Shown: one piece after another, positions 13,616 through 60,734 of the stretch
Layout of the letters: each line of letters starts with the position of its first letter
How positions within the stretch are numbered: the first letter of the stretch is position 1
Assembly: GCA_051294375.1 (NCBI GenBank)
Contig: CM119267.1
Coordinates: forward strand, 14,811,694 to 14,875,693
Origin: Paraspadella gotoi
Taxonomy: Eukaryota > Animalia > Chaetognatha
Reading direction: 5' to 3'
DNA: 64,000 nucleotides
Notes under the pieces: generated by a model
The model's database searches: none
Told to the model about the DNA's origin: nothing
The model's input: the letters and a program-made list of their open reading frames with translations, nothing else
Position numbers and translations under genes: made by a program

Positions 13616-14279
13616 GAATCGGGAAATGGCGCAACGTCGAGAAAATGAAACGAGTCAAGCGTCCCACCTGGAAATGCGAATCCTGAAGAAAACAAACCAG
13701 CGGGAAAGAAAAGGGAGAAACTAAAAGGAAGAAAAGAAAGAGATAGAGAAGAGAGAGAAGAGAAGAGACGAAAGAGAGAGAGTGATGAGAGAGATGAGAA
13801 AGCAGCGTTTGTAGACGAAAATGAAACTGAGTTGCAATCAGAATAAAGAATTAGGGGCTTAAACGTGAACCCAGTGAGGATCGTGGAACGAAATGCAAAA
13901 GAAAATAAAAGAAACAAAAACAGAAAAGAGAAAGAAAGAGAAAGAAAGATGAAAAGAAAAAAAAAAGCAATCGGGAAAGGAAAAATAAACAAAAAGGGTA
14001 AGAAAAAATAAAGAAGAGAAAGAAAGGTCGTAAGAAAAAGAATAAAAATAATTAAGAAGCGGCGGAGAAAGCAAAAACCAAACGTGAAAAGAAAATGAAT
14101 CCTCTAAAATTCAGTGAAAAACGTGAGAAAAAGATCTCCGTACAATAATAACAAGTAAAGAAAAAAGGAAACACTAGGGGGAATTTCCTGGTAGAAAAAA
14201 AAAGGACTTGAAGGTGAAATCTAAAAAAATTTCAGAAGGGATGAAAGGAGAGAGGGAAAATCAAACAGAGAGAGAGAGA
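13616..14279 (+). repeat. Direct duplicate of about 9422-10080 (probable assembly or haplotype redundancy)
   Basis: gaatcgggaaatggcgcaacgtcgagaaaatgaaacgagtc...aaatcaaacagagagag occurs at both places with small indels. This copy is bounded by N-gaps. Confidence 0.85.
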
Positions 14280-15266
14280 NNNNNNNNNNNNNNNNNNNNN
14301 NNNNNNNNNNNNNNNNNNNNNNNNNNNNNNNNNNNNNNNNNNNNNNNNNNNNNNNNNNNNNNNNNNNNNNNNNNNNNNNNNNNNNNNNNNNNNNNNNNNN
14401 NNNNNNNNNNNNNNNNNNNNNNNNNNNNNNNNNNNNNNNNNNNNNNNNNNNNNNNNNNNNNNNNNNNNNNNNNNNNNNNNNNNNNNNNNNNNNNNNNNNN
14501 NNNNNNNNNNNNNNNNNNNNNNNNNNNNNNNNNNNNNNNNNNNNNNNNNNNNNNNNNNNNNNNNNNNNNNNNNNNNNNNNNNNNNNNNNNNNNNNNNNNN
14601 NNNNNNNNNNNNNNNNNNNNNNNNNNNNNNNNNNNNNNNNNNNNNNNNNNNNNNNNNNNNNNNNNNNNNNNNNNNNNNNNNNNNNNNNNNNNNNNNNNNN
14701 NNNNNNNNNNNNNNNNNNNNNNNNNNNNNNNNNNNNNNNNNNNNNNNNNNNNNNNNNNNNNNNNNNNNNNNNNNNNNNNNNNNNNNNNNNNNNNNNNNNN
14801 NNNNNNNNNNNNNNNNNNNNNNNNNNNNNNNNNNNNNNNNNNNNNNNNNNNNNNNNNNNNNNNNNNNNNNNNNNNNNNNNNNNNNNNNNNNNNNNNNNNN
14901 NNNNNNNNNNNNNNNNNNNNNNNNNNNNNNNNNNNNNNNNNNNNNNNNNNNNNNNNNNNNNNNNNNNNNNNNNNNNNNNNNNNNNNNNNNNNNNNNNNNN
15001 NNNNNNNNNNNNNNNNNNNNNNNNNNNNNNNNNNNNNNNNNNNNNNNNNNNNNNNNNNNNNNNNNNNNNNNNNNNNNNNNNNNNNNNNNNNNNNNNNNNN
15101 NNNNNNNNNNNNNNNNNNNNNNNNNNNNNNNNNNNNNNNNNNNNNNNNNNNNNNNNNNNNNNNNNNNNNNNNNNNNNNNNNNNNNNNNNNNNNNNNNNNN
15201 NNNNNNNNNNNNNNNNNNNNNNNNNNNNNNNNNNNNNNNNNNNNNNNNNNNNNNNNNNNNNNNNNN
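14280..15266. other. Assembly gap (N run); smaller gaps near 13478, 13606, 16439-16648 and 16762-16786
   Basis: Runs of N in the sequence. Confidence 0.99.
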
Positions 15267-15290
15267 NTCTCTCTCTCTCTTCTCTCCTAT

Positions 15291-15322
<32 letters not shown>

Positions 15323-16761
15323 CTCTTGCTCTCGTTCTTTTCCCGGCCCGATCTCCTCAATTTTCTCTTCCTTTCGCTCAAGCGACCCAAATAGATCTCG
15401 ACGCATAATTAAGGCTATACGGAACAACACTCGACAAAAGCCCCGGCAGCGCCCGCCATCGGCTGAATCACTCGCTCGGTGTTAAGCGAGTACATCTCTC
15501 TCTCTCTCTCTCTCGTCTCTCTTCTCTCTCTCTCTCGTCTCGCTCTCTGCCGGTCTCTACTCTCCTCTCTCTCCTCTATCTCTTCTTGCTCATCTCTCCA
15601 CCCCCTCTCAGCGTCCAGAGTCTCTCCCTCTTCCCTCGTTTATTTCTCTTTCCCTCTCTCCTCGTTATCGTCCGCAAAATTCCCGGCGGTTGAGCCGCCC
15701 AATTTCTGGCCCAAAGGTATCATCAGCCCTCTGTCTCTTGTCTCCTCTCCATTTTTTTTTTTTAGCATTTAAAAAAAAATTAAATCTAGTCGTCCTCTAT
15801 AGCGCGCTCGAAGAATTAAAAAACTTCCAATAATATATATTCCTGGGGTTTTTCCCTTTCTCCTCACTTCCCGCCGCGGCTGTTTAAGTCGCGATGGTTT
15901 TCTTTTAAATAACTTTTTCCCCTGCTCATTCATCATTTGGCTCGGACTTTGTGCTCCTTTTTTTGTTTTATACTTTTTCCAAAGGTCTTTTCTAAGAAGT
16001 TAGGTTGTGTTACTTTTGTTCTCTCTCCTCCAATTTATCTTTCGAATCTTTCGGGCACTTCGAGAGAGAGAGAAACCCAAAATGCCGTTACTTAGCTTAT
16101 CGTACAATTGCCGCACCTCGCGCCAAGCCGGAAAGCCAAAAGAGAATTCGAATTATAACGAACGACCGAATTCTTTCGCGAGTTTTAATTTTTTTTTTAA
16201 TTTAAAGGGATGAAGCGATGATCGCGATCAAAGTCAAACTCGATAAGAAACATCATTCGATCCCTCAACCTAAAAAAAAAAAAAAAATGGCGAAAGAAAA
16301 TCATAGCATTGCAAGTTGAAGGGTAATCAATAATCCGCCGTTAAAAAAGAGAAGGGAGATCAGGTGAAAATATGTCAACAATTGGGTAGTATTAATTATA
16401 CATTAAGTAATGAAAGGAAGAAAATTGATGATCTAGTANNNNNNNNNNNNNNNNNNNNNNNNNNNNNNNNNNNNNNNNNNNNNNNNNNNNNNNNNNNNNN
16501 NNNNNNNNNNNNNNNNNNNNNNNNNNNNNNNNNNNNNNNNNNNNNNNNNNNNNNNNNNNNNNNNNNNNNNNNNNNNNNNNNNNNNNNNNNNNNNNNNNNN
16601 NNNNNNNNNNNNNNNNNNNNNNNNNNNNNNNNNNNNNNNNNNNNNNNNTAAATCACTTTCAAGGGCTTAAACTGAACTGTTACTGCAGCTTTAATAACAT
16701 TTTTGTACTTGCAAAAATATATTATAAATCAAAACAATATTATTTTTGTTTCGATATATGA
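15267..16761. repeat. Inverted copy of about 10970-11650 joined to a direct copy of about 11835-12470
   Basis: 15267-16060 is a noisy reverse complement of 10970-11650 (e.g. atctttcgaatctttcgggcacttc vs gaagtgccgaaagatcgaaagat). From about 16062, gagaaacccaaaatgccgttacttagc repeats 11835 onward. Confidence 0.8.
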
Positions 16762-16876
16762 NNNNNNNNNNNNNNNNNNNNNNNNNAGGTGTGGAAAATC
16801 ATTGAAAAGAAAATTCCAAAAAGATTAATCGATTAAAAAAGTCCGCAGTCTTCGACCGACCACTTTCTAAATGTCA

Positions 16877-16916
<40 letters not shown>

Positions 16917-17084
16917 ACCAGCCGAACCGAACGGACGTATCCTCTGAGCTCGAATCTTTTTTGCCAAATTTCTGGACTTAGAAAATTTTTCAACGAAATC
17001 AGCCCAAAGTAAACACTTATCCTACTAAAATGCGGTACTACCTCAAGCTAATAGCAAATCCAAACTCAATTTATTCTGTAAAAA

Positions 17085-20000
17085 TGTCAATTTCAGATAT
17101 TCGAATATAAAATAAAAATCAGATACGATCGAAAATCGGGTATAATGATCAAAGAACTCGATTCAACAGTCAGAAAGCAGTACGGGAACAGACAAGAATC
17201 GAAAATTCCTCGCGAATCTAAATTACGACAATTGATCAATTCAAAGGTATAATTGAAAAAAGCGAAATTTTGAACAAGAATCAAACATATCTCAACAAGA
17301 GTAGACACACTAAGCCCGAATGTCTCTTTGAATACTCAGGAAACCCCAGCAGCGCGAAAGAGGCGAAAAGACAAAGAGACAGCTTCCAACGACTGAGTCT
17401 ATGTCCCGAACACTGCCACACGCCAGATGGCGCAAGGAACAACCGCAATTCCGAACTCCGAGCAACAGTCAAGGCACAAACCAAACAGAGGAGACAGTAA
17501 AGGTACGTACCGCAAAATGTCCGTTCTTAGTAGGCAGTACTATGGCTGAGAAGTTAAAAAAGACAAAAAAAGCTGTTGCAATAATTGAATGAAAGTATAT
17601 AACCCGCAAATACTAATATCGATGAAATTAACTAAGCCAAAGGGGAGAGCTAAATACTTATTGAGCAAATCCAAGAGATAATAATGCACTTGCTGAATAT
17701 CGACAGTTGGCTTAAAAAAGAACACAATTTCCTCTCAACTAGGCTAATCGATGTAAACTCGATGGAACAAACTGTGTGCTACGAGGCGTAGACCCAGAAA
17801 TCACGGAAGAAGAAATCATGGAGCAGGCTACATCAAAGACTCGTATACGCATCGGAGGGTCAAAAGAAAATTCGGTCCGAAAAGACAAATAGCCACTGGA
17901 GCGTAACAAATAAGCACTGAGAGCTCAAATGAAAAGCAAAGCTTATTGATGAAGGCTTCAAATACCAATACAAGGACATAAAGTGAGGATTTCAAGAGAA
18001 TGAATATCCAACAATTTTCAAATGTCTTAAAAATAGTCCGGAGCTTTCGCAATGTAATACAAGCAACCGACTCGTGCCTCCAGGTGCAGCGGTAACCATC
18101 GAGTTAGAGACTGTCCCAAAAACTGATGAAGAAGTTAAAATGTATAACACTGCAAGGCAAACACCGGCAACTTTTAAAAGTTGCCCATATATAAGCGCTC
18201 AGCTATGACAAAACAGAGAAGATCGAAGAAACAACAGTACAAACGGCCATCCAAGCGAAGTATTGAGAAGCCAAGAAAGAAGTTACGCAGAAGCGGCAAG
18301 GCAAAAGAATATGAACAAGAAGAAAAAGAGGAAGATTATAAATCGCACTATGTGGCAACCGTTGGAGGTGGTCGTAAATCTCTAAAACGAATGTGGTATC
18401 ACTCCCAGAGGGGTTCCAAATGTGCCACCTAGCCCGTAATATAATAAGAGATAAGAATAACAAAGAATTAATGATGAAGATCGCCAACGACATAAGGAGA
18501 AGAATAGCACGAATTGACCACCAGGCGAAGCTGTAAAGAACCAAGAGTATCAGAAACTACTTACAACCATCTACAGGCCCTCAGGTACACCCATGAAAGG
18601 AGACCCCAAGGCCGTGAAGCGGTCCACCAAGAAGAATGAATCATCGAAGGAGGACTACAGTGAGAGAGCATCATCAGAGAGCAACAGATCTCAACGAACG
18701 GGCACCTTGGAGAAACAAGTTGCAAATCCTTCAGCTACAACATCGTCGGAAGACAATTTGAAGATCAAACTCCGAAGTAACGGAGCCACAAAGACCGTGG
18801 AAATTTATACAGACTCCTCAGCGACAACAGTTGAAACGATCATCAGGTTCATTGGGGACACACAAGTGGCCTACCATGGCAATGATACAACATCATGGGG
18901 ATGTCAAGACCAACGCCAGTTCTGTCTCGACCAGAATGTACAACAAATTCAGAGCCAATCTTCAGCACCTCATGTTCTCACAGATGGTTGGCGTACCCCT
19001 ATGAGCTGGTCCAGCCAGATGGAACGAGCGCCAGAACTTTATCAAGTGCAAAACAATTACCAGCCAACAAACGCAGTGACTGCGCAAGACAGTACTTAAC
19101 ATCAATCAAGAAATGGATTGTAACGGACATGTATAGGCTTCAATTCAGGTTAATACAACTCGCTAACCAAGAGATTTAGAGATAAGACCCTAATTAGATG
19201 GAATAAATAGTAATAAAACTCTGCATTTAACTCCGTATCATGCTCAATGATACGAGACTAAAAAAGAGGACGATTATGCGTTAAAAATTATATAAACCTT
19301 AAGGAAGAGATACCCAAGTGACAAGAGGGGTCCAGGCGGAGTAGCAATGCTTGTACCCAAACAATATATTATTAAGAGATAGTAAAGAGTGACGACAAAA
19401 GAAAATGAATTTTTAATTGTAAATTTAAAAACAACAGAACGGGCTCCCTATTGCAAGCAACAATATACGCCCTCCAGGAACAAAAAAAGTACCAAAAAAG
19501 TTCTTTGAGAAAATTAAAGAAATCGAAAATAAGAGCTCGGGCACACCCATAATAATTCTGGGGCCGACCATGAATGCCAAAGATTTCAATCTTGAATCCA
19601 AACCAGACAATGAAAGGCATGCATTTGGGAAAAAATTAATGGAGGATTACCAGCATGTCGTGTATTAATAGCGGGGAACCAACATATTACAGTTTTTCAA
19701 GCAAACGCAAAGCAAGCCTAGACTTAAGCATAGCAAACCAGAAATCAAATTGAAAGACTGGGATGTTGGAAGTTTAGGAACCAATACAATGATCACCTAC
19801 CCACATAATATAAGATAAAAATCAAACACGGGAGTACAACAGATAGAAAGGAAGGTGATAAATTGGGAGATCATACACAAAATACTTCAAGATAACACAA
19901 ACAACTTGATTACTAACACAATATTACAAATGAAGAAACTAGAGACTATAACGAAAAAAAATTTTCAACAGAAAATAAGAGAAACAGCAGAAGCGGCAAC

Positions 20001-20175
20001 AAAAAACAAACAATAACGCTCAAACTAGGCATCAAACTCTCAAGAGAGTCCCCAATATCATCTTAAATTTAAAAAGAAAATCCACAACTGGAGAAGGAGA
20101 CACGTGGACGTAGAACAATAAAACTAAAGAAATTATTCCGGAAAGCCTATAATAAAATCAGTGCCTGCCTAAGGA
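17085..20175 (+). mobile_element. Degraded, 3'-truncated non-LTR retrotransposon (LINE: gag-like ORF1 with Zn knuckles, ORF2 APE endonuclease; no RT seen)
   Basis: A-rich frameshifted frames. Near 18000-18190 there are CCHC-knuckle remnants (FKCL..; CSGNHRVRDCPK; ATFKSCP). Near 19130-19810 there are APE motifs (LNDTRL, GPGGVAMLVPK, IIILG, INSGEPTYYSF..SLDLSIA, DWDVG, DHLP). The element stops near 20175. Confidence 0.75.
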
Positions 20176-23100
20176 AAAATTTTTTTTCATTCCATTCCCA
20201 CCGGTTCCGTCGACGGCGTCTAGGTAATCCACACCTACTCTAAAGATCGCACCCAGATATAACCACAATCGCCCAGCGATCCGCGCCCACGCTGACACCG
20301 ATTCTTACGGGTCGACGGCGGGCCGCTCTTTCCCATGAGGCCGAAAGCCCCATAAAACTCGTCAAACTAAAGGATGCTACAAAATGCGGGATCACAGAAA
20401 CTTGATGAGGATGAGCACATGCTTTGAGAGGGAGAAGAGGTGGGGGGGGGGAAATGTTGGGGCTGGGGAAGAAGAGGTGGGGGAAGGGGTTGGGAAGCAA
20501 CGATGGGAAAAGGAGAAAAGAAGAGAGCTTTTGTTGTTGTGACTCATAAGTTGATGAATCAGGTTGGATTTTCTGTTATCTTCGCGGTCGTAAATAACGA
20601 ACGTGAGAATTCTTTCGTTGAAAAATCGGTTCTCCAAGTTTGTATTTTTTTCCAAGATACGTACCTTGGATATTTTACTATTATATTGAAAACATAGACC
20701 CTATAACAAAACTGAAATTCACGACAGTCATTAGCGAACCGAAACTGCCAATAATATTTAAACGACGGCGCGGTTGGCCGTCGATTGAGTCTTATTCGAG
20801 TTTCGAACGTGGATGTCGAAAGTTGAAGACCAGGGGTCCCAAAGGTCTCCGTTTGTTTTGATCGAAGGGATCGCAATCGAAGAGCAAACTTCGCGTAAAA
20901 ACTTGAGATTATTAGAGGAGGGGAGAGAGAGTTTTTGAGAGGGGGGGCGGTGGAAAGTGGTAAAGAAAGACGAGGGGAGAGAGTGGGGAAGGAGCGAGAG
21001 ACCCGAGCGAGTTATGTGGGAGAATAAGAATTTAAAAAAAAGTGGAAAGTTGAGATGGAAGGTGAATTAATTTTAAGATATTCTCACGAAATATTAAAAG
21101 AGATGTTTTGTTTAGTAAATCCAACGGCTTAATTCTTGACACTCTTTCTCTGCCATGGCCCACCGGGAGATCAATACTTTTCGGTATGATTTCTCAGTGT
21201 TTACAAACAAAAACCAGAAGCGTTCGTGTTCTCTTTACCCCTAGATCGCCCAACTGCGCAAACATTCCGCGAGAGTTAACCCGAGGACCAACCCTAACCA
21301 CTCCAACCCCCGTCTGAGCCAACACTCCCAACCACCCCGGGGTTTAAAACGCGGCAGGGACGCTGGCGATCTCCAGGCTCGTTGCCCTCCATTTCGCCGG
21401 CGTCGTCGTCGTGATCTCGAAAACAAAAGATCCCCCCTATAAACGCCATTTGTTTACACAGGAGTGGAAGGAAAAAAAACCAAAGGGGCATTCTTTGGCG
21501 GAGCATTTCGAGGCTCGGAAAAGGGTTGGGGCATTTATTTTTCTTTTTTAGAGTACATCAACTCTCAAGGATGCTTTTAATGCTCTGACCCGTGACTAGC
21601 AGAAATATATTTTTCAGAATTTTAAAACTGGCGATATTTCGTATCGTTCTCGTCCCAAAATATTTGGGAATGATAATGAAAACCGCGTCCAAAAAAAAAA
21701 AAAAAATTTTAAATAATAATCACTGGAAAAATAACCTTTTAGGTAAAAAATTTGGAACAAAGACTTTCTCGAAAGGTTGAGAAACGAACACCTTTCGAGA
21801 GGGCACTCACTCTCTCACTGTCTCTCTCTCTCTCTCGCTCTCTGGGAGTGCAATAAGGTGCTATTATTAACTTAACTATTATAAAAAAAGATAAGATTGG
21901 TGATGTGCAAGTATTGATAGAAAGTGATAAATCATGCATAATGATGTGCAATGCACATTGTGCATAGTGGGATTCTTAGTGATAATCAAAAGAAGCGAAT
22001 TTAAACTAAAAGAAAATAATTCTATTCTATTCTAACTTAAGTTTAATTACAAAAGATAGAAATATTACCGGCTTTCTATATATATATATACACCCCAAAT
22101 TGTCAATGTTGGCATAGAGTATTTTTAAACAGTAGGTCATGAGTTAGTAGGACAACACTCAACACATGCCACGTACACGTGCAAAAATAAAACAAGGTGA
22201 ACTTGAAGCAATGCGTATGAACGGCAAACAAAGAAAAAACCTAGTCTGTCATGCGTTGAAATTGAGTAATATGGAGAGGAGATAAAAGCAGAGCGGAACG
22301 ATGCTACGAATATGAACCGAACTCAAAATAATTCCTCTCTCTTCATTATCTGCTATCACATCCGGGGCAATCGATCAGTAAACAAACGAAAGCGTCGGTT
22401 CTGTTTTAGCTGGTTTCTTTCTCGCTGAATACAATGAAAGAGGACAATAACAAAAGCCGCAATCAACGCTAATTAAAATTTATTGTCGTCGAACGATGTT
22501 TAAAAATAAGAAAATAGCGTCTCGATAAGTTAAGCCGCATTACATGGTATATAATTTAGATTTTCGCCTCGTCCTCATCGTCTTTTCAGAGAGTGAGGTT
22601 CGCATTGAAAGAACACTTACAAAATCTATTAATGCACTGGCAACAGTAGATCCAATGGAATGTCAACCACGATTTAAAGTGCGCAATTAAAAATTAGCGA
22701 AACTTTTTTTTTGTTCACAAATCGGGCATAGGGCTAGGGGAGGCAAACGTGAAAGAATTTGTATAAAACGTATATGTTGAGCTCGTCCGTAGCATTTTGT
22801 AATGAGTTAAAAACCCGGATCGAGCCGAAAACGTATATATATTCCGAGACCGCCGAAATTTTTTATCCGGTCTAAGCTGAATTTGGCCTTTACTGGAAAT
22901 GTAAAAAAAAAAAACATTAATTTCGAATGCGCAATAGCGTTTATTAGTATATAACTTAAAATAACGGGTTCAGCCAACCAAAAAAAATATTTTTTTTTGC
23001 AAAGGGAACACACGAGCAATGTTCAAAAAAAATATAAAATCGGACAGTTGAAAAAAACCGGTAATCGTACATCTACCGACATCCGGGACAAATATTGTAT

Positions 23101-23225
23101 AAAAGCGACGCGTATCTACGCACTGCGGCGAAGTGAAGTCGCCAAAAAAAAAAAAAAAAAGAAATAGAAGACAAAAACAAAACCTCAACGCGAGTGCAGG
23201 ACGAACGAGTTTTGTTTTTCTAGAT

Positions 23226-57452
<34,227 letters not shown>

Positions 57453-58149
57453 CTTTGGACGCGCGCCAACGAAGGTCGCACCTGACGGCCGGAGTGGCAC
57501 GCAGTCGGATTGCAGACAGTCGGAATGCACGGTAACGGAGGGAATTGTGAAGATATAGAATGTAAGAGTCGGAGAAACTGTATTCGCGACCAGACGACGA
57601 TGCTTTTCAACTAATAGTTTTGGCCTTTTGTTTTTGTGTTATTTTTTTCACCGACTCCACCGCGGCTGGATATTGCGAAGTCAAAGTAGCAGCTTTTGGT
57701 TTTTTTTTTATTTCGTCGTCGTTTTAATTATTTGTTTTCGTTTTCTTATTTTCTTTTGATATCCAATGCGGTAACGGGGGAGATTAAGTTGGTTCATTAT
57801 TAAGTTGTACGAAAAAAAACAACCAAATTTTTGGAAAGTTCCGGTGGAAGAAAAAAAATATTTGCAGTCAACAAAATCCCGCGCGCAGCTGTTGTTGCTT
57901 TTATTTCATCATCGATGCGGAAAATAAAATATAGATAATGAAGCAATGTTTTGTTTTGACCCGTTGATGACAACAAACTTTATTCCGATGTTTTAATCTC
58001 AAATTTTTGAAGCCCAATTTATTCACCAGTCACCACAGGAAGATGATTGAAGGGCGGAGTTGGCGACGGCAAAGGCGGGGGTGGCCTTCGGCAGAAAATT
58101 CCGCGCCAAACGGGGAAATCTAAAAAGAATATTTAAAAATGTAAGTACT

Positions 58150-58194
<45 letters not shown>

Positions 58195-59009
58195 TGTTGA
58201 GGGGGAGTTGTTTAGAATTTAAATGAACGGACGGAACGAAATCGATGTTTTCGAGTGACAACGACGATTTTATCTGTAGGAACGAAACCGCAAAACGAAC
58301 GCTTTTTTTGAAAAAGAAGATGTAATTTCGGGTCGGACAGTACTCCCGGACGGGGCCCACGCCCACGCCCACCCGGGACGGAAGTAGTTGGCTGCGGGGG
58401 AACGCGTCAACGCTCAGTAAAACTTCCGATGCAGCGACTGTCACGTGATGTCGTGTTTGACAACGTCGGGAGCGAAAAAAAAGTTTTTCGGACAGTATGA
58501 AAATAATAAATATCCAATATTCTAGAAAAGTATTTTAATGGATTTGATAAATAAAAAAAAAGTTAAAAAAAGGAGACTATCATTCGAAATTGAAAGAAAG
58601 AAAAATAAAGGAAAGATGAAAATAATAATAAAGACTGAAATAAAGGAAAGTATGAAAAAAACGTTTTACGATGCATCTATTTACGTTTTGTCACAATTAA
58701 TTGTCCCCGATCAAATAAAAGGGTACGACATAATCCTAAATGAATAAGGGAGTAAATAAAAAAGAAATAAAAAAATTAATCAATAATAAATATTTCTTGA
58801 AAAATAAACTTTTAAGAAAAGAAAGGAATGTTAACGTCGATCGACATAACTAACAAGAAAGATGCCGAAGCCTGAAAGGAATTCGACGGGCAAAGAAAAA
58901 ATGTTAAAGAAAAACAAAATGAAAAAGGAAAAAAAAAAACTTGAAAAAACTTAATGAGAAAAGTAGCGAAAATCCTACAAAACTCTCGGAAACTGATGGA
59001 TTACAACGC

Positions 59010-59107
<98 letters not shown>

Positions 59108-60081
59108 GGCATGATGTTGAAAAAAAAAAACAAGAAATTTTGTCGATTTTTCGAATTTAAATCGTGGCGCCGTCGTCTTTCCTTTTTCTCGCGGCATTTC
59201 TTCCTTTATCTCGACTTGGGCAAAGAGAGAAAAATTTTCGAGGCGACAATTGATTCGTAAGAAAAAAAGGAAACAAACTTGAAAAACAAAAACACGAAAA
59301 GAAAGCAAAAGTGAAAAAAGAAGGAGAGAGAGGGAGAGAGAGAGAGTTTCTCTCGTTTCGCCGTCCAGATTCCGTCGAGGCCAGGGGAGGGCAAAACACA
59401 TTTCGTTTTCTTTAAAAAAAAATTCGTTCAAATTTTCTTTTTGGAAAAGAAAAAAAGAAAAGAAAATCAGCGACTGGGTTTTTCTTTCCTCTAATAGATT
59501 CAGAAAAAACAAAAGGAGGAAACTATATTTTCAACGCTATTGTTTAACAAAAAAAGTAAAGGAGTTGAAGAATCCTCGCGATCCTCCTCTCTGTTTCTTC
59601 ACTGCCTTCGGGAGAGACCGCCATGCCTCTCTCCCATTGGCCGAGTCGATCCCTCCGCCCGACGGCAGCGGACCCTTTTTTTTAACGTCCCGCCGCAGCA
59701 GAGAGCCGCTCGGCGCGGCAACGGCGGCCGCGTCGGCTACGGTTTGCGGCGGCGAGCAGCGGTAGCCGACGTTATTCCTCTTTCTTTCTCTCTCTCTTTC
59801 TCTGTTTCGCCGGGACGAGATCGTGCTCGACGGACGGGATGTTCGAAGAGGGCGAGTGAGAGAGAGACGCGATGCAACGCAGATGCGTGGCCGCGAAGGA
59901 AGGACGAACGGACCGACCGAGGGGACGGACGGACCGCGGCGAGCTCTGAGAGCGATTCAGCGAGGGACCGAAGCGATCAAACGCTGGGGCGAAGCGATCG
60001 AGAATTGGTTGTTAGGTGGGCGCGGGCTGTTGGGGAAAATCGTTCTGCGCGGTCGACGAAGATTGGGAAGATTTAAGGAGA

Positions 60082-60115
<34 letters not shown>

Positions 60116-60138
60116 TAGAGAAGAGAGAGAGAGAGAGA

Positions 60139-60183
<45 letters not shown>

Positions 60184-60686
60184 GAAGAGAAAGAGATTTT
60201 GTTTTCGCTTTTTGATATTTATTCTTGGACAAGTTACCTTTTTATTCGGAGGGAAGTAAATTTCAGAAAAATAAAACTTTTTTTCTTTTCAAAAAGAAGA
60301 TATTCTTTTTCACTCTTCCCACTTTTTCGATGTGGCGCCCAAAAATCGAATGTTTCTCAGGAATTCTCTTTTGAAAATTTGAGCCATCTTTCTCGTCGTG
60401 AATTCCGAAAGCCGAGTGTTATTGCCATCTGCGCGAGTGCCATCGATGCCGTTCGTCGCTGCCATCCGACGTCCATAACTTTTCTTTCCATTCTCCCTTC
60501 TCCGTCGAATCCACTTAACATCCGATCCGTTCATGCATTCATTCATTCATTCCATTCGATTGTTTGTCTTGTTTTTATTTCTTGTTCGGTTCGTTGCTTT
60601 AAAGCTTTTCTTCTTCCTTCGTTCTCTGTCGCTATTTTTTTTCTTCAGTTTTTTATTTTTTTTAGTATTTCCTTCCTTGGTTAATT

Positions 60687-60734
<48 letters not shown>

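Noticed and set aside
14208-15485. 425-aa and 389-aa ORFs
   Set aside because: Read through an N gap.
18593-19099. 168-aa S/T/Q-rich ORF as a host gene
   Set aside because: Lies between the LINE Zn knuckles and the endonuclease; best read as the ORF1 tail.
22130-22690. Short + strand frames (MPRTRAKIKQ..., EVRIERTLTK...)
   Set aside because: Short, no recognisable motif, and no consistent splice chain could be built.
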